Assembly: GCA_002269645.1 (NCBI GenBank)
Contig: NIVC01004881.1
Span: 1 to 32,490 of the forward strand
DNA from: Macrostomum lignano
Taxonomy: Eukaryota
Length of the DNA stretch: 32,490 nucleotides
Reading direction: 5' to 3'
Shown: positions 1 through 10,954 of the stretch, piece after piece
Layout of the letters: the number at the start of each line of letters is the position of its first letter
How positions within the stretch are numbered: position 1 is the first letter of the stretch
The notes under the pieces: generated by a model
Told to the model about the DNA's origin: nothing
Seen by the model: the letters and a program-made list of their open reading frames with translations, nothing else
The model's database searches: none
Made by a program: the position numbers and the translations under genes

Positions 1-1883
1 AAAGTGCTTCAGGGTTGTTTAGAGGAAATTGAAGTAGAGCAGCTTCAAAAAGCATCTGAACCATTAACCAAGATCAAGCCCAAGGCAATAATCATCAACA
101 AGATGAAGATTCATTCAAGCTGAAGAATACGACACTGACTTTCTTGGCAACAGTCAGGCAATCCAATGATAATAGTGAATCAGATGAAGACCTTGTAGAA
201 GAGATCAAGATATACCTGAAGTTGAAGATGCTACGCCAGAGCTAACAATTGAGCAAGAACTGCCTTCTATTTTATATACTTTTTAATGTGTCACGCTCTG
301 CTATGGCTTGGATCCTTGCCTTTTTAAATCGCAAGGGTATTTCAGTTCCAAAGTCTGTATATGGCTTGAAAAAGCATTCTGCTAATTCTTCTTATTATTC
401 TATTATTGCTACTGAAGGAGACTTTTTCTATGTATCAATGGCCAAAATTTGGAATTTTGTGTTAGCAATAATTATTTTGACTTTTCAAAATGCATTACTG
501 ATTCTGAAACTGGGCACATAAAAGTAAATTCCATTTTCAGTATAGATGGAATGCCCTTGTATAATAGTTCTTCCATGTCAGCTTGGCCAATTTTAATGAA
601 AGTATCAGGCTATTTGCGTCCATTGCCCATTGCTATTTTTGTTGGTAAAAGTAAACCATCATTGAATATTTTGTTATCACGCTTCTGTGAAGAGCTAAAC
701 ATTTTTTTTAGTAATGGTATTCAAGTTCTTGGCCACCATTTTAAGTTAGTCCGTGCTCTTTTGTTTGTGATGCCCTGCTCATGCTCATATCTGCTCTATT
801 ATGAACCATAACTCTCGCATGGATGTAGTTATTGTCAAGCTGAAGGTAGATATTTTGCTAATCGTATTGTTTTTCATCTTCTATTGGTACTTTGCGAACT
901 GATCAGTGCTATGCTGATTCTAAAGAAAATAACCAGAAGGTAGGGCATTCAACACCTTTGCTGAGTATTAAAAATATTGGTTTTTATTCTCATTTTCCAC
1001 CTGACTATCAACATGCTGTATGTTTAGGTGTTTGTAGAAAAGTTTTTAATTTTCTTTTTTCATCTAAGTTTGGTTCATCTTGTAAGATTTCAGCACTAAA
1101 GTTAAAAGAGCTGTCTGATTTTATTGATAGCTATGCCAAGTTCACTCCTGCTGAGTTTCAGCGGAGGCCTCGCCGTATTGATACAAATTTAGCTCACTTT
1201 AAAGCAACTGAGTTTCGACTCTTTTTGCTATATTTGGGGCCTTTTTTCTTCAGAAAGTTTTTACCACAAAAATACTATGACCACTTTCTTCACTTGCACT
1301 TTTGTATCTATGTTTTTTGCTCTGATGTCCACCAGACTCTCTTACCAAATGCTCATCGTTGTATTGAGATTTTTGTTAAGGAAATGGAGTCATTGTATGG
1401 TGAAGCATCAATTTCTTATAACCCTCACACTTTGCTCCATCTTTATGAATTTGTTTGTCTATATGGAAAACTTGACAATTTTTCTGCATTTGACTTCGAA
1501 AACTATTTGGGGCATGTTAAAAGACGAATTTCAGTTACCCGCTTTGCTTCTAAGCATATTTTGCACCAGTTTTTAATGTCCGTGCTACTCTTACAAGTGA
1601 TCCAGCTAGTATTGTGTTTTTTTCTAAGAAGTCTCCAAATAATTGTGCAGTTGTAAATGGAGTTCCAATACTCATTAGTACAGTAGTAGGAAATGTCCTA
1701 ACTGGTCATGTGTTAAAGTTTTCGCATCCTTTGTATACAAGTCCATATTCATCAGAAATTCTGAATATTGGATTTTACCATGTGACACGTAATGTTGTTA
1801 CTGGTAATGCAAGCAGAAAGTGCTTCTTGTTGCCATCATCTGGAGGTGAATATATAGTAATTCCCTATTGTTGCGCTATTTGA
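1..1883 (+). pseudogene. EnSpm/CMC-type DDE transposase, frameshifted (ORF pieces 249-521, 449-811, 892-1656, 1614-1883)
   Basis: Joined pieces give family motifs: SIDGMPLYNSS..AWPIL, VCDAPA (restored), GCSYC, PPDYQHAVCLGV, PAEFQRRPR, FKATEFRLFLLY, YNPHTLLHL, FSAFDFENYLG. Collinear with the copy at 24700-26323. Confidence 0.9.
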
Positions 1884-2189
1884 TTATGATTATACTATTG
1901 TCTTCTGGTACTAAGTCAGTCTTGGTCAATATAGCAATTTCTTTTTTCATGCAACTGTCATCCTAGGGTGTGCAAGTGTACATTTTTCATTATTTGTAGC
2001 ATTAAATGTCTCCTTGTGTGTTCAGCTTGTTTATAAATATAAACACAAATATACATATAATATGAATAACAATTTTTTTATTTTGGTTTCAGACAATATG
2101 AATTTCTTTATTTGATGTCACAAACATGTCATGTATATATTTCCAACATATTCCCATTATTAAGAGTATTTCTATTTCTCATTTCAGCC

Positions 2190-4184
2190 ATGAAGTTTAT
2201 CGTGATCTTTCACGTTGACAAAGAAATAGTCGAATTGAGCGAGACTGAAGTCCTCTTAGAAAACTTCCAAAAATTCACTCTGGACAACTGGCGAAACTTT
2301 GTTGGCGAGCCTATTGCAAGGGCATACTACAATGAGCAAGTATGGGACTGCACAATTCTTCAGGTAACTGCACGCTTTATTCCCTGAATGTTCCCATAAT
2401 CATACTTGTATATGGGGGTCGTTTGGTATTTTTGATTTTCACTAAGTAATTTTGCATTTGCGCTAGGTTCTCCCTGACGACGATTATGACGCCACTGGGA
2501 CGGTAAATTGGCTTCGGGCGTTCAGGCGCGAGAAGCACTGCAAAATCCAAACTCTTTTGGGACTGGTCAAACGAGTACCCGATGGCAGGAGGCAAAGATT
2601 CCTTCCTTTGGAGGTTAGCTACAAACCGTTTTTGTTGCTATAAGTGTGTATTAAAACTTCGAAAGATGTTAACCATTTGTAACCATTAGTCATTATTATT
2701 CAATCGATCTCACGAACTACGTTACTATAAGTAGCGCGCAATCATTCTCAGAATCTGCAGACCGAGTCCGAGTCTGACTGCCAACGATCGCCCTCAAGCT
2801 TCTCACGGTCGGTTAGACTACCCCAAGCTGAGGATTCCGCCAGGGCAGTTCAACAAAGCCCAAGCTCGCTGCCGCTGTTGCCTTTGCCGGAGACAAGAAA
2901 CCCATCGGCTCAGCTAGCGGTTGAAACAGCTCCACCGGAAACGCCCAAATCACTGCCCCACCATGGACAGAACGACAGGTGCAGGTCACAGCAGAGTGCG
3001 GCTGAGTTGCTCAGCCCTTCGGATCAGCCAGGAGCCTTGCGTTTCAATGCAGCTGCAGCTGACGTCGCGTCATTGAACTTCGGTACCGGGGGGCTTGACT
3101 TGCTGAAGGCTAGAATGGAGGCTAAGCTTGGAGTCTCTCTGACATCGCCTCTCGGACTGTGCTACCTGGGGCTCCATACCCTTCGTCGGACATCAGCTTG
3201 CATGACAACAATCTCAGAATTGAAGCAGTGCATGTCGCGTGCCGCTGCTGCTGCTGCTACTACATTTGGTCCAGTTGATGCAGATGCAGAATGGAAGCCG
3301 ATTGCGACCTGGCCTGACTACATTGACTTCATCAAAAATCCACCGGCTCTCGAATGGGTATGTACATCAATAGTTTAGTGTTTGTTTTTGCAAAGTCTAT
3401 TATTTCAAAAAGCCTCCGACAGCATGCTTTCACGATAGTTGGAAAATATAATTGTCTCTGACATATTCCACATTTTATTTCATATTAATATTCCATATTT
3501 CTTCGTGACTGTCCATCTACATGTATGATAAAATTATTGGCACCCTTGCAGATGACACGGCTGCTGCTGCCCTGCAAGGCTGACGACCTTGGCAGCACCA
3601 TTCGCCGAATGGTGAGGCGAATTCTGTCACCAGAGATGCTGGCCGCTGTCAATTATAACGGAAAGGGTCTTGGTGCTCTCTCTGGCTCTGAGCTTGGGGA
3701 CACCGAACTTGCCTTTCGATCGGTGTTCTTGCCCAGTATTCTACGTAAGTTCAATGCGCGTGTGTGTGTGTGTGTGTGTGCATATCACATTAAATTCAAT
3801 GATCGAAATTAATTACTGAGTATACTGATTCTTAATTCATTTGATTTACGTATTGATAGGTTTTAAAATCAGACGGCCTATTAGTTTTAGATCAGTTATG
3901 TTTAATAATTGTATTTTTGTGACATACTTTTAGGGACGATGAAGGCAATGTACCGCGATGCTGCTGAGCGTCCAAAAGACCGCGATGTAGAGCTTGCAGT
4001 CATTGCTGCGCTGAAGCTGGGCAAGGACGGGCGAAGTCGTGGACGTCAAGGTCCGACGGAGTCAGGCAGCCAGGCGTCGGCAGCCAGAGTTGGCACATCG
4101 CAAGACCCTCCGCCTGCCAAGGTTCGACGTTCCGTTCAGAAGGTCCCTGACCCTATCATTTACGACGCTGACAGTGATGAGTGA
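2190..4184 (+). CDS. Spliced EnSpm accessory gene (ORF2), 5 exons, 453 aa; C-terminal region resembles DUF4806-type accessory proteins
   Basis: Exons 2190-2363, 2467-2613, 2761-3357, 3552-3744, 3934-4184. All introns are GT..AG, phases are compatible and there is no internal stop. Motif GSTIRRMVRRILSPEMLAAVNYNGKG resembles the DUF4806 pattern (from recall, not searched). Confidence 0.75.
3760..3781. repeat. (GT)n microsatellite in intron 4 of ORF2
   Basis: Direct read: gtgtgtgtgtgtgtgtgtgtg. Confidence 0.9.
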
Positions 4185-4777
4185 CTGGTTTGGAGTCATA
4201 ACCTGTGAGCAGTACAATTTGAGATAATCAGCAGGCTAGAATGGGATATTGATCGTATGTTGTGTCAATTTAGCTACTTAGCTTATGTGCAGTACAATCA
4301 TTGGACACAGTCAGTTAGTTATTATTCAAAAATAAAGAAATGATTTATAAAAAACGTTGTTGAAGCCATCATATCATCCTATAAACAAGTAATTTAGTTT
4401 GCAATAATTGCCAATGATTACACTTATACCTAACCCTGAGACTTTAAACGCGTATGCATGCGAGAAATTTTTTTGCTTTGCTGTAATTTCATTTGACAAA
4501 TATATAGATCTTTGCCAAATGTCTCAACTTTAAAATGTAACGTTTTTGGACACATGAGTGACATGACACATTTGATTGCGAAAATTGGCTTTTTTCATAC
4601 TTTATTTCACGTGGATCAGCACCTCTAACAATATTTTGACCGTTGGAATAGCGTTGATTCGCAGTTGGACTGCCGTTGGTAAACCGCCGTTGTATCAACG
4701 GATTTTCCTCCAGACACGCCCAACGGAGGGCCAACGGAGGGCAACAACGTTGAATCAACGTTGGTTTTTCCGCTGGG

Positions 4778-4889
4778 TCTGCGCGATTTTCCGGTTTTTA
4801 TTCGTGCGAACGCAACGCTACCGGTTTCGAAGAATTACCGGCCGACCTCCAATATCAAATTTTGTTTTATCTTCTCCACCCCCACCTCA
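4778..4889 (+). mobile_element. 3' remnant of family-1 LTR (copy A), cut by the EnSpm copy 1 insertion
   Basis: Begins TCTGCGCGATTTTCCGG...TTCGTGCGAAC, as in the other copies, and ends TTCTCCACCCCCACCTCA at 4889, followed by ACAT. Confidence 0.8.
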
Positions 4890-5861
4890 ACATCCCCGGG
4901 ATTTTACCCGCCCCCCTCCAAACCCGGGATTTTTGTCGTCATTTCTTCCAACCTCCGGTGTGAGTTCTCCCTCTCCTGTCCTTGGCCCTGTTTGTCTTGT
5001 CGATGTTTTTGCGTTTTCTCCCCATTTGTCCCTGTGCTTTTCTGTCTGGTCCATGCCCGGTGTCCTGCCCTTGTCACCTTTTCTCCTCTCGCTGCCCTTC
5101 TCAACGTACTACTTAAACATTGTGCTCAGCGCGTTTTTTTGCATGCCTTTCCTCTTTCCCCTTCTTCTTCCCTCCCTTTTCCGCTTTTACTATTATTCTC
5201 TTAGCTTGATCCTCCGTCTTAACAGCCTTGCGTTTAATAGTTATTTTGCGTGAATAGTTAAAATTCATTGGTGCGTGAGTAGTTTAGTCGCCAAGTTACA
5301 GTTTTTCTTTTAATAGCCTGTGCCTCCGGCACCCGTGGAGAAACCTCGTCAGTTATTCAGCCTGCAAATTTAACAATAATAATAACCGAAGTAAACTGCA
5401 ACTTAATAATTCTATTTATTTTTCCGTTAACTTTAAGCCTTAGTCTCTCTTGAGTCATTGCCCGTGGGGCGTAAAATAACCAAGTTCTCATCTCAAAGAA
5501 AGCTCTGAGACTTACTCGTTCCGTAATACGTAAATTACGGTGGTGGCAGCAACTACCCTATTGAAAGCAACAAGCTCAGCAAATCGACACATTAATTTAC
5601 GGTGTCAACAACCTCCGGTGTTTCATCGCTTTGAACGACCGCGCCGCTACACGACCGCTCCGCTACGATTACGACTACCCTCCCCCCGGACTTGAGAACC
5701 CGGCAGTCGGAGTAAAAGGAGAAGAAATTCGTTGAGATTCGTCTGCGCGATTTTCCGGAGTTAATTCGTGCGAACTCAATGCCGTTCGGGTTTTCGAAGA
5801 AACCCAACATTTCAAACCCACCAACTTTCAAATTTTTTCATTCTTCTCCACCCCCACCTCA
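4890..5861 (+). mobile_element. Family-1 LTR (copy B), lacking its first tens of bp
   Basis: Pyrimidine-rich 5' part, CGGCAC motif, AAT-rich tract, conserved core (5450-5780) and end CTCCACCCCCACCTCA at 5861, followed by GTAT. No TGTG start between 4890 and the core. Confidence 0.8.
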
Positions 5862-7953
5862 GTATCACCACTGATTATTTTTCGAAAATTGATTTTAATA
5901 ACAATAACATTATGTGGTAGGGCGATCTACCACTGACCGACGAACGTGATGGCGCCGTGTGGTGACACTTGCTCATGACTCTCTGTTTTTCCGTCACTCG
6001 GTGCGCCATCCCTTGCCCGATCCCTCGCCCCATCTTTTGCCGTTGCTCAATTTTTTTGTTAATTCCCGTTTGCGGCTTTAGTGTCGTCCGCTGCCCCATC
6101 GTCTGCCCCATCCTTCGCCTTCCTGCCCCATCTGTTGCCCCATCCCTGTCCGGACGACATTGTTTCCCCTTTTATAAGGCCATTTCGGGCCGCCTTTTGG
6201 TTTTTTCGCGCGCGCGCGTTTTTTTCCGTATTCGTCGTTCTTCTTCGTGTAAACTCCGTGGTTTGTGCTCGTTCATTAGTGTTTGAGTTTATCCAGTTTC
6301 TGTTTAGTGTTTATAGTTTTTGCCTCCGCTAAGTAAGTTTTAATAGTTTCGCTTAATAGTTAGTCGTTCGGCACCCGGCACCGGCCGTGGACATCTCGTG
6401 AAATTAATATTAATCTCTAATAACTACCGCTTGCGCAATTAACAATAATTATTAATAATAATTTACTAGTTGTTCATTTATCGAAGCCCTTGACAGTTTA
6501 TCTTGAGTTATTTGCCCGTGGGGCGTTAAACAACCAAACTCATTTCATCTCCGAACGAGCTTTGAGGTCTCAACGTTCCGTAATACGAAATTACGGTGGT
6601 GGCAGCGCTACTATACTGATAGTAATCAGCTCAACAACTCAGAAACAGATTTACGGTGTCTAGACCATTGAGTCTACAAATCTGAACGACCGGGCCGCTA
6701 TACGACCGCTCCGCTACGATTACGACTACCCTCCCCCGGACCTGAGGACCCGGCTGTCGGAGTAAAAGGAGAAGAAATTCGTTGTGATTCGTCTGCGCGA
6801 TTTTCCGGCTTTATTCGTGCGAACTCAACGCCGGCGGCAATCCAAACGGGAATCCGCCCCACCTCACTGGTGTCAGCAAATTTTCAAAGCCGCCCATTCC
6901 AAGAAAATTCTTCTCCACCCCCACCTCAATTATCTGGACATTAAAATTAAGCTCGCCCCTTTCTGGCCCCCATTTGTCCACCCCCTGGCGCATATATGAC
7001 GTTTTCTGCCCTCTTTCTGTTCTCCCCGCCCCATTTTCTGGCTTTGTATGCCCAATTTATGGTTATTTTGTTTTTCTGTGTATTTTCTGCGGTATTTTTT
7101 TGTTACCTCTTTCTGGACTCTAGTGTTTTCGCCTTCCCCATTTTCTGGGCTATGTCGACCACCTTGTGTCCTTCGTTTTGGGGTATTTAACCCCGCCCCT
7201 TGCGCCTGTCTCTCCCCTAGACTTCTGCTTTTCCATGCCTTTCTTTCCTTCCGATCCCTTTCTCCCTTTCTGACCCCCCCCTATTCTGCTAATCAACGTT
7301 AAATTAACTTTTATTAATTTTGCTCAACCGGACAGTTACTTAAGTTTAGTTTAAGTGAGAGCCCGCACCGCGGCACCCCAGTCATTTGAATCGTTAGTCG
7401 CTGCTCGAGTGTGAATACAATAACTTGTTTATAATAACTTTGTTTACCGATTAATAAATAAGCAACAATTATAATTTGTCTTCTACGTTCTGGATCAAAA
7501 GCCATAGCCTATCTTAAGTCATTTGCCCGTGGGGCGTAAAATAACCCAATCTCATCTCAAAGAAAGCTCTGAGACTTCAACGTTCCGTAATACGTAAATT
7601 ACGGTGGTGGCAGCGCTACTCTACTAACAGTAATCAGTCAAGCAATCGAAGCGCATTAACTACGGTGTCTGAGGACCCTCTCTGAACGCTCGCGCCTAAC
7701 AAAAACCGCTCGTCTACGACCGAAACTACCCTCCCCCCGGAATTGAGGACCCCGGCAGTCGGAGTATCAGGAGAAAATTTCGTTGAGATTCGTCTGCGCG
7801 ATATTTCCGGATTTAATTCGTGCGAATTCAACGTCGGCGGCAGTTCAAAGTTAATATCACCCAATTCATTTGTGTCAGCAAACCAGCCAAATTCACCGCC
7901 AAAGTTTCCAATTTTTTTTCAACACCCCCCCTTTTTTCTCCGCCCCCACCTCA
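5862..7953 (+). mobile_element. Family-1 LTR (copy D), interrupted by copy C; segments 5862-5912 and 6933-7953
   Basis: Pyrimidine-rich part from 6933, core at 7520-7830, end CTCCGCCCCCACCTCA at 7953 followed by TATA. 5862-5874 (GTATCACCACTGA) resembles positions ~12-24 of the family start (GATCTACCACTGA); that part of the assignment is weaker. Confidence 0.7.
5913..6928 (+). mobile_element. Complete solo LTR, family 1 (copy C), 1016 bp, Gypsy-like 4-bp TSD ATTA
   Basis: Starts TGTGGTAGGGCGATCTACCACTG, ends CCACCCCCACCTCA. ATTA at 5909-5912 and 6929-6932. TATA-like TTTTATAAG near 6170. Confidence 0.9.
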
Positions 7954-8298
7954 TATATATCACTAAATCGGACCTAGTTGTAACGATGTTGATATTTAAT
8001 TTTTAAAAATAATTTGATATTAAATATGTCTCTTTAGTATTATATTAATTTATTTACTATTCATAAGCGAATTTTAAAGTATTCAATATTGTACGCTTAA
8101 AATTTGTTTTACTGTGTCCTTCATAGACATACGAGTATTGTTATATTTAAAAGACGGTTAAATCGCGATTTTGCGCTCAATTTTCTTGGGCCTCGTGCGT
8201 GCTTTTTGGTTGGTCCGCCGCCTGGTGCCTGTTCGCTATAGCTTACCACCAATAATTTAACGGCAATAGGTTATCCGGTCTGTTCAAATAAATAATAC

Positions 8299-10514
8299 TA
8301 TAGCTTTTTGCAGCCCATTTGGGCTTACGCGCATTGAATTTAATCCAAGATATGTTTGTCAAAGTAATGGAGCTTTTGTCTATGGTAGCAAGGCTGGCAC
8401 AGCGGCATTTAATTTGGTCCAACAAGCACCAATTTGGTCCATTTAGTTCATTTGCAGCTTAGTCCCAGAATTGTGGACCATATGCTAGGCTGTTGAACGA
8501 ATGTCATTGGCTTGTGATCGAAGCACTCGACGGAGGTGAACACGAAGGAGGTTATCAGATTTCGACTATCAGCAGAGCTCTGGAAAAGCTGTAGCGTACT
8601 TTAATGACTTTCCCGAAATTTCTTCAGATTTCTAAAAGTCAAAAACTATTTCCAGAAACTTCTTTGAGTTAGCAGCTAATCTATAACATACGCATATAAA
8701 TAGTAAATAATTAATTATCACTTAAGTATTAATGTTCTAATTATATTTACGTAATGTATATAATTAAAGGGTTATTTCGCTTTGTTAAAATTAGCTAAAT
8801 CTTTCTAGAAATTTCCGGAAGACAATAACAAAGCTATAAATACACGGCGGCGGCAGTGAAACAAATCACTCGCTCTCCCCTTGTTTTCTCTTTGATCTAA
8901 GTTCCGTTGGTAAATAACTAAATGAACCACCGCCTTGCTCTTATTCAATAATCAATTAAAGAAATTCTACAATGGTCCGGTGAGGCGTCGAGCGATCTCT
9001 TTCAGAATGCGTGTGCATACGCACGCCCGTGACCGCTCATCATGCCATCATTCGCGATCAGCACCGCCGTCGCTACCAACGCCGAAACATAGCACACCAC
9101 TGTCTACTGCCCAGCGTCATCACTTCTCAGCGTGTCTCCCGTCGCCGTCATGTAATATAAATTTAGCTAAACCGTCGCCAACCTCCCTGTTCCCACATCT
9201 AAAAACGACACGGTATCTCGTCGGTGACCAAATAAACTACGCCTACACGGGCTCACGAACGGCCATCCGATCGAGCCATCCGCGCAGCTACATGTATGAC
9301 CTCCACGTATACGTACCAGCGACATCAACCGCAGCACCGCGCAGACGCGACGTTAGCACTGGGTCTCATCCATCGCGAAGAACTCAATTAGCAATCCACA
9401 ATAAACCGGCTGGCACCACTGGCGAGTCTACACATTGCAACCTACTACGAGGTTCCTCGATAAGCCGGTGGTCAACCAGCTGGCCTAACCCGGACGACAC
9501 CCATGAATCTTCTCGGTTCTGTTTCAGCCGCAGAGCGACTACCCGCCTTGATCCCTGGCGCCTATCCGTAGTTCGGGAGTCGTCTGTCTGCAAACCGGCA
9601 ATAACCCGCAGGTCGTTCCAAACTACAGCGACAAACCGCCATCCTGGAGCAGTGCCGCAGAGATCACGGACTTGTTAACCGCCATAATGTACAATCAGTC
9701 TGAACTCCTCGACCGCAGTGCAGCCCAGCTGCCCCTATCCGTCTCGCGGTGAACCCAGTCGTCATCTGTATTAATTTTCAGCAGCGTAATTTCAACCTGG
9801 ACTTTATTCACGGTAACCCAGCATCTAATTAACATTAATTAACCGTCATACTTAGGGACTCCGTCTCCCGTGGGGGGAACTGTTGTAGCGTACTTTAATG
9901 ACTTTCCCGAAATTTCTTCAGATTTCTAAAAGTCAAAAACTATTTCCAGAAACTTCTTTGAGTTAGCAGCTAATCTATAACATACGCATATAAATAGTAA
10001 ATAATAAATAATCACTTAAGTATTAATGTTCTAATTATATTTACGTAATGTATATAATTAAAGGGTTATTTCGCTTTGTTAAAATTAGCTAAATCTTTCT
10101 AGAAATTTCCGGAAGACAATAACAAAGCTATAAATACACGGCGGCGGCAGTGAAACAAATCACTCGCTCTCCCCTTGTTTTCTCTTTGATCTAAGTTCCG
10201 TTGGTAAATAACTAAATGAACCACCGCCTTGCTCTTATTCAATAAACAATTAAAGAAAATTCTACAAAGCAACTTAAAATTTTTGGTAGAGACGCTGACA
10301 TTCCAGCGGTGCGCAACAACCTGCAGACGGTTGAGAGAAGGCAAGAGTTTGTCAAATGGCTCACGAGTGTTTGGACCAAATGGATGCTTTTTGAACCAAA
10401 TTAAATGCCACTGCGCCAGCCTTGCTACCATAGACAAAAGCTCTGTTACATTGGCAAACGTATCTTGGATTAAATTAAAAGCGCGTTAGCCCAAATGGGC
10501 TGCAAAATGCTATA
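8299..10514. mobile_element. MITE-like element (~535 bp net) with ~143-bp imperfect TIRs, carrying a nested LTR element
   Basis: 8299-8441 is the reverse complement of 10372-10514 (TATAGC.TTTTGCAGCCCATTTGGGCT...TTTGGTCCA). Ends are TA-bounded. No coding capacity seen. Confidence 0.8.
8590..10266 (+). mobile_element. Non-autonomous two-LTR retroelement (large TRIM-like or internal-deletion derivative), 1677 bp, TSD AAGC
   Basis: LTRs 8590-8971 and 9884-10266 (TGTAG...CTACA) differ by 3 substitutions and 1 indel by my reading. AAGC on both flanks. TGG-starting PBS-like site at 8973 and GGGGGGAAC polypurine tract before the 3' LTR. TATAAA at 8835. No gag/pol motifs seen in the ~910-bp interior. 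Confidence 0.92.
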
Positions 10515-10954
10515 TTAAATACAATCAGTCAAAGTTCAAACATAAGACTCTCTTGTTACGAAGACTCAATTTATTATTGATAGTGCATAGCCGTCAGCAC
10601 CGAACAAAGAAGGGTCGCGTCACATAGTGGCATATGCAGGGGGCAAACGAGCCTTTGAAATATTAGCAGGAGAGTGTGGCAGGCGAGGCCGCTACTTGTC
10701 CGCCGGACTCCGCTCCACCCGATGTATGTCACTGTGCGGAATTACTAACTCGGTATTTGCATTTGCGCCATCCTGACGTCATCGAAATTTTTACTCTTAA
10801 TGTAAACTTCCTTCCCACTGCCTGTAGTAGTAAGAATTTGGCTCAGGCAATTAGCCTGTTAGGCCAATATATTATAGGGCAATGTATTTGGAGAAATTTT
10901 CGAAATAGAAGTTTAGACGATTCGACGTAGGGTCGTTCTCAAAGCTAGGTCACA

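Larger units (their letters stand above)
1..4777 (+). mobile_element. EnSpm/CMC (CACTA-superfamily, animal CCC-terminus type) DNA transposon, copy 1; left end outside window
   Basis: Transposase remnant (1-1883) followed by a spliced accessory gene (2190-4184), subterminal CCGTTGG/CCAACGG/AACGTT repeats (~4640-4765) and terminus ...TTGGTTTTTCCGCTGGG at 4777 (reverse complement CCCAGCGGAAAAACCAA). Sequence after 4777 switches abruptly to an LTR core. Confidence 0.85.

Noticed and set aside
4778-7953. Integron-like cassette array (conserved site plus variable ~500-bp cassettes) or 1-kb satellite
   Set aside because: Units have TG..CA ends and 4-bp TSDs, and the variable parts share position, composition and motifs, so they are diverged LTRs.
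8935-9678. 247-aa ORF as gag of the two-LTR element
   Set aside because: It starts at a TTG inside the LTR, is S/R/P/T-rich, and has no zinc knuckle or capsid-like pattern.
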